From contig DASPKD010000056.1 in assembly GCA_035628275.1 (NCBI GenBank), positions 1,154-65,153 on the forward strand: 64,000 bases of DNA, written 5' to 3'. Positions 34,874-42,900 of the stretch are shown in pieces (position 1 is the first letter of the stretch; each line of letters begins with the position of its first letter). The stretch is from Caulobacteraceae bacterium. GTDB lineage: Bacteria > Pseudomonadota > Alphaproteobacteria > Caulobacterales > Caulobacteraceae. The notes beneath the pieces were generated by a model. That model was given only the letters and a program-made list of their open reading frames with translations. It searched no databases and was not told where the DNA came from. The position numbers and the translations under genes were made by a program.

Positions 34874-35800
34874 TCAGCCGACGTGGCCCGCCGCGCGGCG
34901 GAGTCGGTCGTTCAGCGCCTCGCCCAAGCCTTCGAGCGGGATCGACGCGACGGCTATGGCCGACGGCTTGGTGCGATCGGCTTCGCGCAGCAGGCGAAAG
35001 AGGTTGGCGGCGGCCTCTCGCGGATCCCGCGCGGCGCTGAGCTGGAACACCCGCTCGCCTCGCGGGGCCGCGCCGAAGGCCAGGTAGGCCTCGCCCGGTC
35101 GCGGCGCCTCCGCGTTCAGCCGCACCGGCGCGTCGGGCGCGTAGTGCGCGGCCAGGCGGCCGGGCGAGCGGTGCGCTTCTCCGTCATCGTCCAGCAATTC
35201 GCCGATCACGCCGGCCAGCTCCTCCCGAGTGACCGCGCCGGGCCTGAGCAACCGCACCCGCCCGTCCAGCACCGACACCACCGTGCTCTCCAGCCCGACC
35301 GTGCAGGGACCGCCGTCCAGGGCCGCGCGGACGGCGAAGCCGGTCTCCTCCAGGGCGTCGGCGAAGGTGGTGGGGCTCGGCCGTCCCGAGCGGTTGGCAG
35401 ACGGCGCGACCACCGGCGGGCCGAAACGGGCGATCACCGCGCGGGCCAGCGGGTGAGCGGGCGCCCGTACCGCCACCGTGTCGAGCCCCGCGCGGGCGAG
35501 GTCGCTGACCGCGGCGCCTTCCCGCACCGGCGTAACGATCGTCAGCGGCCCGGGCCAGAAGGCGGCGGCGAGGGCGCGGGCGCGCGCGTCGAAACAGGCG
35601 ATGAGCTCGGCGGCCCCCAGGCTGTCGACATGGGCGATCAGCGGATTGAAGCGGGGGCGCCCCTTGGCCTCGAAGATCTTGGCTACCGCCAGGGCGTTCG
35701 AGGCGTCGGCGGCCAGGCCGTAGACCGTTTCCGTCGGCAGCAGCACCAGTTCGCCGGCTTCGAGCGCCTCGACCGCCGCCTCGACCGTGTCGCCGCTCAC
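34874..35800 (-). CDS. tsaC: L-threonylcarbamoyladenylate synthase (Sua5/YwlC/TsaC family)
   Basis: LLPTETVYGLAADA and KGRPRFNPLIAHV motifs plus a Sua5-type C-terminal domain. GTG start at 35800 overlaps the upstream gene stop (GTGA). The longer track ORF is Arg/Ala/Gly junk upstream. Confidence 0.8.
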   Translation of the reverse strand: MSGDTVEAAVEALEAGELVLLPTETVYGLAADASNALAVAKIFEAKGRPRFNPLIAHVDSLGAAELIACFDARARALAAAFWPGPLTIVTPVREGAAVSDLARAGLDTVAVRAPAHPLARAVIARFGPPVVAPSANRSGRPSPTTFADALEETGFAVRAALDGGPCTVGLESTVVSVLDGRVRLLRPGAVTREELAGVIGELLDDDGEAHRSPGRLAAHYAPDAPVRLNAEAPRPGEAYLAFGAAPRGERVFQLSAARDPREAAANLFRLLREADRTKPSAIAVASIPLEGLGEALNDRLRRAAGHVG

Positions 35801-36378
35801 CCTTTGCGGTCCGGGCGCCCGACGATCGGCAGCATCCGCCACAGCACCTCGTCGCGCTGCAGGAAGTGGTGCTTCAGCGCGCCCGCCACGTGCAGGACCA
35901 ACAGCGCCCAGAACAGCTTCAGGATCACTTCGTGGTGCAGGGTGTCGAACAGCTCCCGCCCGTCGCGGTCGATCCCCGGAATCTTCGGCCACGGCAGCAC
36001 GCCCCAAACTTCCAGAGGCCCAGAACCCGCCGAGGCCATGGCCCAGCCTGTCAGCGGCATGCCCAGCAGCACGACGTAGAAGCCGACGTGGGTGGCGCGG
36101 GCCAGCAGCTTCTCCCAACGCGGCATATGGTCGGGCAGGGGCGGCGCGGGGTGGGCGACCCGCCATCCGAGCCGCGCGAGGCTGAGCAGCAGGATGGTCA
36201 CGCCCAGCGAGAAGTGCAGGCCGAACGCTTGTGTCCGCGCGGGTCCGCGATCCAGGTCCGAGAACCAGCCGCCCACGAACACCTGCGTGATCAGCAGGGC
36301 CGCGATGGTCCAGTGGAACAGGATCGACACCGTCGAGTAACGGCCGCCCTGGGCCCGGCTCTCGTGCGTGGCGCTCAT
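35797..36378 (-). CDS. Cytochrome b561 family protein
   Basis: ATG 36378. RYSTVSILFHWTIAALLI and four TM helices with conserved His (HFSLG, THVGFY, LHVAGALKHH) are typical of bacterial cytochrome b561/CybB. Confidence 0.8.
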   Translation of the reverse strand: MSATHESRAQGGRYSTVSILFHWTIAALLITQVFVGGWFSDLDRGPARTQAFGLHFSLGVTILLLSLARLGWRVAHPAPPLPDHMPRWEKLLARATHVGFYVVLLGMPLTGWAMASAGSGPLEVWGVLPWPKIPGIDRDGRELFDTLHHEVILKLFWALLVLHVAGALKHHFLQRDEVLWRMLPIVGRPDRKG

Positions 36379-36492
36379 CCGCGGTCTCCCTGATCCCCCG
36401 CCTTTTAGCATCGGGGCGCGGCTGCGGAAGCGGCCCTGCTTTTCCGAAACGCGTGCCGAGGCTATGCCGCTCGCAGGTCTCGGAGAAAGCGC

Positions 36493-36936
36493 ATGCACGC
36501 CTGGGTCGCGGTTCTCGTCGTCCTGATCAGCGGGACCCTGGTCGCCTTGCAGGCGCCGACCAACGCGGTGGTGGCGCGGGCGGTGAACTCGCCGGTGAAC
36601 GCGGCGCTGGTGTCGTTCGCGGTCGGAACGGCGGCCCTACTGGTGGCGGCCTTCGTGCTGCGCGTCCGCCCCGATCTGGCGGCGGTCAAGGGCCTGCCCT
36701 GGTGGGCGTGGCTGGGCGGGCTGTACGGGGCTGTGTTCGTGGCCGCGGCGGCTTTCGCCACGCCCCGGATCGGCGTCGCCGCCACCCTGACCCTGCTGGT
36801 CGCGGGCCAGCTCGTCATGGCCGCCGCGCTCGACCACTTCGGCGCGCTGGGCGTGCCCCGGCAGGAGATCACGCCGCTGCGCTTGCTGGGTCTGGCGCTG
36901 GTGGCGGGCGGCGTGCTGCTGGTGCGGCGCTTCTGA
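36493..36936 (+). CDS. DMT-superfamily membrane protein, YdcZ/DUF606-like
   Basis: 147 aa, five predicted TM helices. N-terminal VLISGTLVALQAPTNAVVA and C-terminal LRLLGLALVAGGVLLV match the DUF606 pattern as I recall it. Confidence 0.7.
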   Translation: MHAWVAVLVVLISGTLVALQAPTNAVVARAVNSPVNAALVSFAVGTAALLVAAFVLRVRPDLAAVKGLPWWAWLGGLYGAVFVAAAAFATPRIGVAATLTLLVAGQLVMAAALDHFGALGVPRQEITPLRLLGLALVAGGVLLVRRF

Positions 36937-38403
36937 TCAGTGGGCCAGGTCGGGCGCGCCCTCGCCTTGCGGCTTGGGCCGGATGAACACTCCCCCGATC
37001 AGCGCCGCCAGGGCCGCGCAGACCGCGCCCGCCATGAAGGCGATGCGGTAGCCGCCGTTCAGGGACGCGCGGGTCTCCGCCCCCGCCGCGTTCAGATCGC
37101 CGGTGACCGAGGCCGCCAGGCTGGCCAGGATCGCCAGCCCCAGCGCCCCTCCCATCATGAAGGCGGTGTTGACCACGCCCGACGCCAGCCCCGCGCGGTC
37201 CGGCTCCACGTCGTTCATCGCCGCCAGCAGCACCGGGTTGAACGCCAGCCCGGCGCCCAGCCCAAGCAGCAGCATCGGCGGCAGCACGTGGATCCAGAAG
37301 TCGCCCTCGACCGGCGCCAGCGCGAACAGTCCCAGCCCCGCCGCCGCCAGCAGCAGGCCCGTAACCATCGGCCAGCGGATGCCGAACCGGGTCACGGTGA
37401 TCGCCGACAGCTTGTATGAGAAGGCGCCCATGATCAGGTTGCCCGGCAGGAACGCCAGGCCCACCTGCATCGGCGTGTAGCCTAGCACCAGCTGCAGATA
37501 GAGCGCCGACAGGAAGAACCAGGCGAACATAGCCGCCGCCCACAGCACCGCGACCACGTTGGCGGTAGCGACGTTGCGCGAGGCGAACACGTCGAGCGGC
37601 ATCAGCGGTTCGCGCGTTTTCGTCTCCCAGGCCAGGAAAGCGCCCAGCAGGACGACCCCCGCCGCGATGAACCCCCAGGTCACGGGCGAGGCCCAGCCGA
37701 CCTGCTCGCCGCCCACTATGCCGTAGACCGCCAGCATGATCGCGGCGGTGACCAGCGCCGCGCCGACGACGTCCAGCCGCGGCCGGGTCTCCGGCGCGCG
37801 GTCCGGCGGCAGCAGCTTCAGCGCCAGCGCCCAGACCGCCAGGCCCACCGGCAGGTTGATCAGGAACACCCAGCGCCAGTCGAGCAGGCCCACGATCAGC
37901 CCGCCCAGCAGCACGCCCACGCTGCCGCCGCCGGCCGATATGAAGCCGAAGTAGCCCATGGCCCGCACCCGCGCCGGCCCGTCTGGGAACAGCTGCATGA
38001 TCAAGGCGAGCGCCACCGCCCCCACCACCGCGCCGACAACCCCTTGCGCGGCGCGCGCCACGATCAGGACCTCGCGCGTCGGCGCCAGGCCGCAGGCCAG
38101 CGAAGCGATGGTGAAGCCGATCACCCCGTAGATGAACAGCCGCCTCTGGCCGTAGAGGTCCGCCAGCCGCCCGCCCAGCAGCAGGAAGCCGCCGAAGGTC
38201 AGCAGGAAGGCGTTGACCACCCAGCTCAGCCCCGCCTCGTCGAAGCCCAGCTGGGTGCGCACCGAAGGCAGGGCCACGTTCACGATCGTCGAGTCGAGCA
38301 CGATCATCATGTCGCCCAGGCACAGGGTCGCGAACGCCAGCCAGGCGGCGCGGCCCACGTCCCCAGGTCGGGCGGCGGCCTTCCCGGCCGGTTCGGTCGT
38401 CAT
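36937..38403 (-). CDS. MFS transporter, DHA2 (EmrB/QacA, 14-TM) type
   Basis: 488 aa and about 14 TM helices. The motif LGGRLADLYGQRRLF corresponds to MFS motif A, and VNVALPS is a block typical of the DHA2 drug:H+ antiporters. Confidence 0.85.
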   Translation of the reverse strand: MTTEPAGKAAARPGDVGRAAWLAFATLCLGDMMIVLDSTIVNVALPSVRTQLGFDEAGLSWVVNAFLLTFGGFLLLGGRLADLYGQRRLFIYGVIGFTIASLACGLAPTREVLIVARAAQGVVGAVVGAVALALIMQLFPDGPARVRAMGYFGFISAGGGSVGVLLGGLIVGLLDWRWVFLINLPVGLAVWALALKLLPPDRAPETRPRLDVVGAALVTAAIMLAVYGIVGGEQVGWASPVTWGFIAAGVVLLGAFLAWETKTREPLMPLDVFASRNVATANVVAVLWAAAMFAWFFLSALYLQLVLGYTPMQVGLAFLPGNLIMGAFSYKLSAITVTRFGIRWPMVTGLLLAAAGLGLFALAPVEGDFWIHVLPPMLLLGLGAGLAFNPVLLAAMNDVEPDRAGLASGVVNTAFMMGGALGLAILASLAASVTGDLNAAGAETRASLNGGYRIAFMAGAVCAALAALIGGVFIRPKPQGEGAPDLAH

Positions 38404-38559
38404 CGCGGATCCCCCGTCTGCGGCTCACCTACCCCAGGACGAACGAACGGGTCGAGGGCCGACAGCGCGGGACCGAGCCTAGCCGCGGCCCGACTTCAGC
38501 TTCGCTCAGCTCCTCGCCGACAGGGCTTGCCGCCGGGGCGCGGCTCGGCTTGAAGTCCG

Positions 38560-39579
38560 GTGATGACTCAGCAAGCGCATTCGGCCGGGATTCTGCCCTG
38601 CCAGTCGATCGAGGCCCTGATCGGCGATCAGGCGATCACGACCCTGACCCCCTTCGACCACGACCAGGTGCAGCCCGCCAGCCTGGACCTGCGGCTGGGC
38701 CGCCGCGTCTGGCGGGTGCGGGCCTCGTTTCTGCCCGGCCGCCGCGCGGTGGCCGAGCGGGTCAAGGACGTGGCCATGCACCAGCTCGACCTGACGCAGG
38801 GCGCGGTGCTGGAGAAAGGCTGCGTCTACATCGCCGAGCTGCAGGAAGGGCTGAAGCTGCCGCCCGGCGTCTGCGCGCGGGCCAATCCGAAAAGCTCGAC
38901 CGGCCGGGTCGACGTGTTCGTGCGCCTGCTGACCGACTTCTCCTCATCCTTCGACGACGTGGCCGAGGCTTACGCCGGCCCGATGTACGTGGAGATCGCG
39001 CCCCAGACCTTCTCGGTGCTGGTGCGCACCGGCACGCGGCTGAACCAGCTGCGGCTGAAGCGCGGGGAGCCCGCCAAGCTGTCGACCCGCAACGTCGGAG
39101 TGGATCTGACCGGCGATCTGGCGGGATTCCGCGCCCGGCGGCACGCGCCGGTGGTGGACCTGGACCTGGAGGACGGCCACGACCCGCGCGATTACTGGCA
39201 GCCGCTGGAGCCGCGCGGGGGCGAGCTGCTGCTGGATCCCGGCGAGTTCTACATCCTGGCGTCCAAGGAGGCGGTGGAGATCCCGGTGCTGGAAGCCGCG
39301 GAGATGACCCCGATCGACCCGGCCGTGGGCGAGTTCCGGGTGCACTACGCGGGCTTTTTCGATCCCGGCTTTGGCACCGAGGAGGCGGCCGGGCGCGGCT
39401 CCAAGGCGGTGCTGGAGGTGCGCAGCCACGAGACTCCGTTCCTGCTGGAGGACGGCCAGACGGTGGCGCGGCTGGTTTACGAACCGCTGACCGACCGCCC
39501 CGCGCGGCTCTACGGTCAGGACGGCTCCCACTACCAGCGGCAGGGGCTGAAGCTGTCCAAGCATTTCCGCGCCTGGTGA
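38560..39579 (+). CDS. dcd: 2'-deoxycytidine 5'-triphosphate deaminase (long DCD-domain form)
   Basis: ILPCQSIEALI..., QPASLDLRLG and GRVDVFVRL, about 340 aa, resembles the alphaproteobacterial long dCTP deaminase family. GTG 38560 or ATG 38563 start. Confidence 0.75.
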   Translation: MMTQQAHSAGILPCQSIEALIGDQAITTLTPFDHDQVQPASLDLRLGRRVWRVRASFLPGRRAVAERVKDVAMHQLDLTQGAVLEKGCVYIAELQEGLKLPPGVCARANPKSSTGRVDVFVRLLTDFSSSFDDVAEAYAGPMYVEIAPQTFSVLVRTGTRLNQLRLKRGEPAKLSTRNVGVDLTGDLAGFRARRHAPVVDLDLEDGHDPRDYWQPLEPRGGELLLDPGEFYILASKEAVEIPVLEAAEMTPIDPAVGEFRVHYAGFFDPGFGTEEAAGRGSKAVLEVRSHETPFLLEDGQTVARLVYEPLTDRPARLYGQDGSHYQRQGLKLSKHFRAW

Positions 39580-39650
39580 CTGTGGCCTCGAGGCGCTAGG
39601 CGCGCGGGAGGCGCGCGGCTAGCGTGGCCGTTCGCCGGTCGAGGTCGTCC

Positions 39651-40544
39651 ATGTCGCTCCGCAAGCTTTTCCGCACCGGGCTCGGTTTCGCCGCCGCCGC
39701 CCTGTTCGCCCTCGCCCCGTCGCTGGCGGCGGCCGCTCCGCCGCTGTGGGCGGTGAAGGACGAGAACTCCACCATCTACCTGTTCGGCACCGTGCACCTG
39801 CTGCCCGAAGGCACGCAGTGGCGTACGCCGGCCTACGACAAAGCCTACGCCGAAGCGCAGGCGGTCTGGCTGGAGACGCCGGTCGGCGAAAGTCCGGAAG
39901 CGCGTCAGGCGATGGAGTCGCTGATCGTCGATTACGGCTACGATTTCGAGCACAAGCTGTCCAAGCGCCTTAGCCGCAAGGACTACGCGCGGGTGACCGC
40001 GGCGCTGAAGCCGCTCGGCATGGACAAGAAGACGCTGGAGGGCATGCGGCCATGGCTGGCTGGGCTCATGATCACCTTCTCCGGATACATGGAGCAGGGG
40101 CTGTCGCCCGAAGCCGGGGCCGACCAGCAGATCGAAACCGCGTCGGCGGAGACCGGCAAGCCGCTGCGCTACTTCGAGACCAACGAGGAGCAGATCCGGT
40201 TCTTCGCCGACCTGTCGCCCGAGGCCGAGCTGCAGTTCCTGAACGACGTGCTGGAAGAGATGGACACGGGGGCGGAGGCCGCCCAGGCCATGACCGACGC
40301 CTGGGTGGCGGGCTCGGAAAGCGAGATGGTCGCCCTGTTCGTCGAAGCCATGCGCCATGAGCGCCCCGAGCTGTACGAGGCGATCCTGCGCGGACGCAAT
40401 CACCGCTGGGCAGAGACCCTGGAGCGGGAGATGCGCGGCGAGGGCGTGGCCATCGTCAACGTCGGCGCCGCCCACATGGTCGGCGAGGACGGCCTGCCCG
40501 CCCTGATGAAGGCCCGAGGGTTCACCGTGGAGCGGGTGCAGTAG
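39651..40544 (+). CDS. TraB/GumN family protein, copy 1
   Basis: ATG 39651 follows GAGG and gives the signal peptide MSLRKLFRTGLGFAAAALFALAPSLAAA. PPLWAVKDENSTIYLFGTVHLL and C-terminal VNVGAAHMVGEDGLPALMKARGFTVERV are GumN hallmarks. Confidence 0.8.
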   Translation: MSLRKLFRTGLGFAAAALFALAPSLAAAAPPLWAVKDENSTIYLFGTVHLLPEGTQWRTPAYDKAYAEAQAVWLETPVGESPEARQAMESLIVDYGYDFEHKLSKRLSRKDYARVTAALKPLGMDKKTLEGMRPWLAGLMITFSGYMEQGLSPEAGADQQIETASAETGKPLRYFETNEEQIRFFADLSPEAELQFLNDVLEEMDTGAEAAQAMTDAWVAGSESEMVALFVEAMRHERPELYEAILRGRNHRWAETLEREMRGEGVAIVNVGAAHMVGEDGLPALMKARGFTVERVQ

Positions 40545-40550
40545 GCGAGG

Positions 40551-40624
40551 CTGTACAGCATGCTTGACACCGCGCCGGCGGACCTGTAAAGCACCTTTGT
40601 CAACACGACGGGGGAGCTTTACAG
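40551..40624 (+). promoter_or_regulatory. Promoter/operator region with three CTGTAMAG motifs
   Basis: CTGTACAG (40551-40558), CTGTAAAG (40584-40591) and its reverse complement CTTTACAG (40617-40624, abutting the ATG). Nested inverted pair TTGACA (40564-40569) / TGTCAA (40598-40603). GGGGAG Shine-Dalgarno at 40611-40616. Confidence 0.35.
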
Positions 40625-41056
40625 ATGCCCGACGAAATCCCGAGACGAAGGCTCAGCCCTGCGGCCCTGCTGGGGCTGGCGGTCGGGGTCGCGGCCGTGG
40701 GCGGCGCCGTGGGCGCCCTGACCGACGACGCCGACGGGCTGCTACGCGGCGCTGGTAGCGTCATGGCGCTGGCGAGCGCCGCCGGAGCGATCTGGCTGAC
40801 GCTGCTGCACTGGCGCCGCCTCGACGAGGCCGCGCGCGAGGCGCACAAGGCCGCTTGGTACTGGGGCGGCTCCGCCGGCCTGGCTGTGGCCGGCGTCGTG
40901 ACCGGCGTGTTCCTGGCGCGGCCCGAGACCCCGATGCCCTGGCGCCTGGGGGACGGCGACGCCGGCCTGGTGGCGACCGGACTGCTGCTGTGCGCCGCCG
41001 CCCAGATGATCGGCTACCTGGTCGCCTGGGCCTGGTGGTGGCTGGTCAGGCGGTGA
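40625..41056 (+). CDS. Small integral membrane protein (four predicted TM helices), function unknown
   Basis: 143 aa. Helices LLGLAVGVAAVGGAVGAL, VMALASAAGAIWLTLL, GSAGLAVAGVVTGVFLA and LVATGLLLCAAAQMIGYLVAWAWWWL. High GC3. 4 nt upstream of the XRE regulator gene. Confidence 0.6.
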   Translation: MPDEIPRRRLSPAALLGLAVGVAAVGGAVGALTDDADGLLRGAGSVMALASAAGAIWLTLLHWRRLDEAAREAHKAAWYWGGSAGLAVAGVVTGVFLARPETPMPWRLGDGDAGLVATGLLLCAAAQMIGYLVAWAWWWLVRR

Positions 41057-41060
41057 TCCG

Positions 41061-41258
41061 ATGAAGAACCGCCTCCGCGTGCTCAGGGCCGAACGAGCCT
41101 GGAGCCAGGCCGATCTGGCCCTCCGCCTGCAGGTCTCGCGCCAGACCGTCAACGCCATCGAGACCGGCAAGTACGACCCGTCCCTGCCGCTCGCCTTCAA
41201 GATCGCCCGGCTGTTCGACATGCCGATCGAAACCATCTTCCAGGCCGACGAGGCCTGA
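41061..41258 (+). CDS. Small XRE/Cro-type helix-turn-helix transcriptional regulator
   Basis: MKNRLRVLRAERAWSQADLALRLQVSRQTVNAIETGKYDPSLPLAFKIARLFDMPIETIF is the very common 65-70-aa HTH_3 regulator pattern that is usually paired with a small membrane protein. Confidence 0.85.
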   Translation: MKNRLRVLRAERAWSQADLALRLQVSRQTVNAIETGKYDPSLPLAFKIARLFDMPIETIFQADEA

Positions 41259-41284
41259 TCCCCGACTTTCAAGGAGTACAGACG

Positions 41285-42181
41285 ATGAAGAAGCTGCTCG
41301 CCTCCCGCGTCGCCCACCGGGCGCTCGGCCTCGCGCTCGGCGCGGTCATGTCCGCAGGCCTGATGGCCGGCGCCGCCCGGGCCGAACCGGCCATGTGGGT
41401 GGTCAAGGACAAGGACTCCACGATCTACATGATCGGCACCGTCCACCTGCTGCGCCAGGAGACCGCCTGGAAAACGCCGAAGATCGAAAAGGCGCTGGCC
41501 GACTCCAAGGAGCTCTGGCTGGAGATCGTCGACGTGGACAACGAGGCGGCCATGCAGCCGCTGATCATGAAGCACGGCGTGGACCAGCAGAAGCCGCTGT
41601 CGTCCAAGCTGACCGACGCCCAGAAGGCCAAGCTGGCCGCCGTTTCCGCCAAGTACGGCCTCAACCCGGCGCAGCTCGAGCCGCTGAAGCCCTGGCTGGT
41701 CGGCCTGACCTTCAGCGTCCTGCCGATCCAGAAGGCCGGCTTCGATCCGAACGCCGGGGTGGACCGGGTGCTGAAGGCCGCGGCGGTCAAGGAAGGCGAC
41801 AAGATCGCCGCCTTCGAGACGACCGAGGAGCAGATCGGTTTCTTCGCCGGCATGGACGAAGCCGAGCAGATCGCCTTCATGGAGTCGGCGCTGGACGACG
41901 CGGACCGCGGCGTGGCGGTGCTGGACCAGCTGGCGAACGCCTGGGCGGCCGGCGACGTCGACACCATCGGCAAGGTGATGAACGAGGAGATGAAGGCCGA
42001 CGCGCCGGAGGTTTACGACCTGCTGCTGACGCAACGGAACATCCGCTGGGCCGAGAAGATCGACCAGCTGCTCGACGGCTCGGGCACCCACCTGGTCGCG
42101 GTCGGCGCCGGGCACCTGGCCGGACCGGACAGCGTCCAGGCCCAGCTGAAGAAGCGCGGCATCGAGGCGAAGCGCCACTGA
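41285..42181 (+). CDS. TraB/GumN family protein, copy 2
   Basis: AAGGAG before the ATG. Signal peptide. EPAMWVVKDKDSTIYMIGTVHLL and C-terminal LVAVGAGHLAGPDSVQAQLKKRGIEAKR. Paralogous to 39651-40544. Confidence 0.8.
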   Translation: MKKLLASRVAHRALGLALGAVMSAGLMAGAARAEPAMWVVKDKDSTIYMIGTVHLLRQETAWKTPKIEKALADSKELWLEIVDVDNEAAMQPLIMKHGVDQQKPLSSKLTDAQKAKLAAVSAKYGLNPAQLEPLKPWLVGLTFSVLPIQKAGFDPNAGVDRVLKAAAVKEGDKIAAFETTEEQIGFFAGMDEAEQIAFMESALDDADRGVAVLDQLANAWAAGDVDTIGKVMNEEMKADAPEVYDLLLTQRNIRWAEKIDQLLDGSGTHLVAVGAGHLAGPDSVQAQLKKRGIEAKRH

Positions 42182-42196
42182 TCCGCTCACCGTGGA

Positions 42197-42230
42197 ACGG
42201 CCCGGCGCAACGGTTCGCCGGGCCGTTTTT
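42197..42230 (+). terminator. Rho-independent terminator after GumN copy 2
   Basis: Perfect 11-bp stem ACGGCCCGGCG (42197-42207) / CGCCGGGCCGT (42216-42226) with an 8-nt loop, running into TTTTT. Confidence 0.7.
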
Positions 42231-42284
42231 CCTGCTCTTGAAGCCGCCGCCCGATCCGCTAAGTTCGCGCCTCCTCGACGGAAC

Positions 42285-42359
42285 GCGGGTGTAGTTCAGA
42301 GGTAGAACGTCAGCTTCCCAAGCTGAATGTCAGGGGTTCGATTCCCCTCACCCGCTCCA
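42285..42359 (+). tRNA. tRNA-Gly (anticodon CCC)
   Basis: Hand-folded cloverleaf: acceptor GCGGGTG/CACCCGC, D stem GTTC/GAAC, anticodon stem TCAGC/GCTGA with loop TTCCCAA, T stem AGGGG/CCCCT with loop TTCGATT, discriminator T, encoded CCA. 75 nt. Confidence 0.95.
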
Positions 42360-42384
42360 GTCCCGGCTCTCTCCGCGCCTTCCC

Positions 42385-42410
42385 GGAACGCCGCCCTCGC
42401 CCCGACCGTT
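42385..42410 (+). promoter_or_regulatory. EcfG/SigT-type (general stress response) promoter motif
   Basis: GGAAC (42385-42389), 17-nt spacer, CGTT (42407-42410). Matches the alphaproteobacterial GGAAC-N16/17-CGTT consensus, in the correct orientation, ending 30 nt before the ATG at 42441. Confidence 0.5.
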
Positions 42411-42440
42411 CGGTCGAAAGCGAGCGAGGACTAAAGCGCC

Positions 42441-42845
42441 ATGGCGAACGAGGAGACCTACCGCGCGCCGCAGCCCGGGCCGAACGACCGGCCGGGCGCC
42501 AACGCGGCGGAGCTGAAGGCGGACATCAATTCGGGCCGGAGCGCCGACAAGGTCGACGTGTTCGATCCGGCTATGTCGCCGCTGGGTACGGACGACGAGG
42601 CCGGCGGCGCGCCGATGCGGCCGCAGGACATCGCCCTGGCCCGCGAGCAGGAGCGCCGCGATCCGGAGGAGAAGTCCTTCGCGCCGACCGACATGAGCGG
42701 CTGGGCCTCGGACGGGGCGGTGTCCTCCACCGCCGGCCAGATCGCCCACGAGGAGGGCTCCGAGCGGCGGCTCAGCCCGGCGGTGGCGATCGGACTGGTG
42801 GGCGGCGCGGCCCTGCTGGCGCTGGTGTTCGGCGTGCTGGCCTGA
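42441..42845 (+). CDS. Tail-anchored acidic protein, function unknown
   Basis: 134 aa. Disordered acidic N-terminal part with DVFDPAMSPLGTDDEAGGAPM. Single C-terminal TM AVAIGLVGGAALLALVFGVLA. GAGGA 12 nt upstream of the ATG. High GC3. Confidence 0.6.
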   Translation: MANEETYRAPQPGPNDRPGANAAELKADINSGRSADKVDVFDPAMSPLGTDDEAGGAPMRPQDIALAREQERRDPEEKSFAPTDMSGWASDGAVSSTAGQIAHEEGSERRLSPAVAIGLVGGAALLALVFGVLA

Positions 42846-42900
42846 GCCGCTGAAAGCCGGGCGTGCGTCCGGCCCGCGGCTGACGTACGTATGACGGCGC

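Noticed and set aside
36934-36939. Convergent DUF606 and MFS genes whose stop codons abut (TGATCA) with no intergenic space; also the 4-nt pdxH/tetR and 15-nt DUF1499/MBL convergent overlaps
   Set aside because: Tight or overlapping convergent ends are common in compact high-GC genomes. I see no extra signal beyond the absence of terminators.
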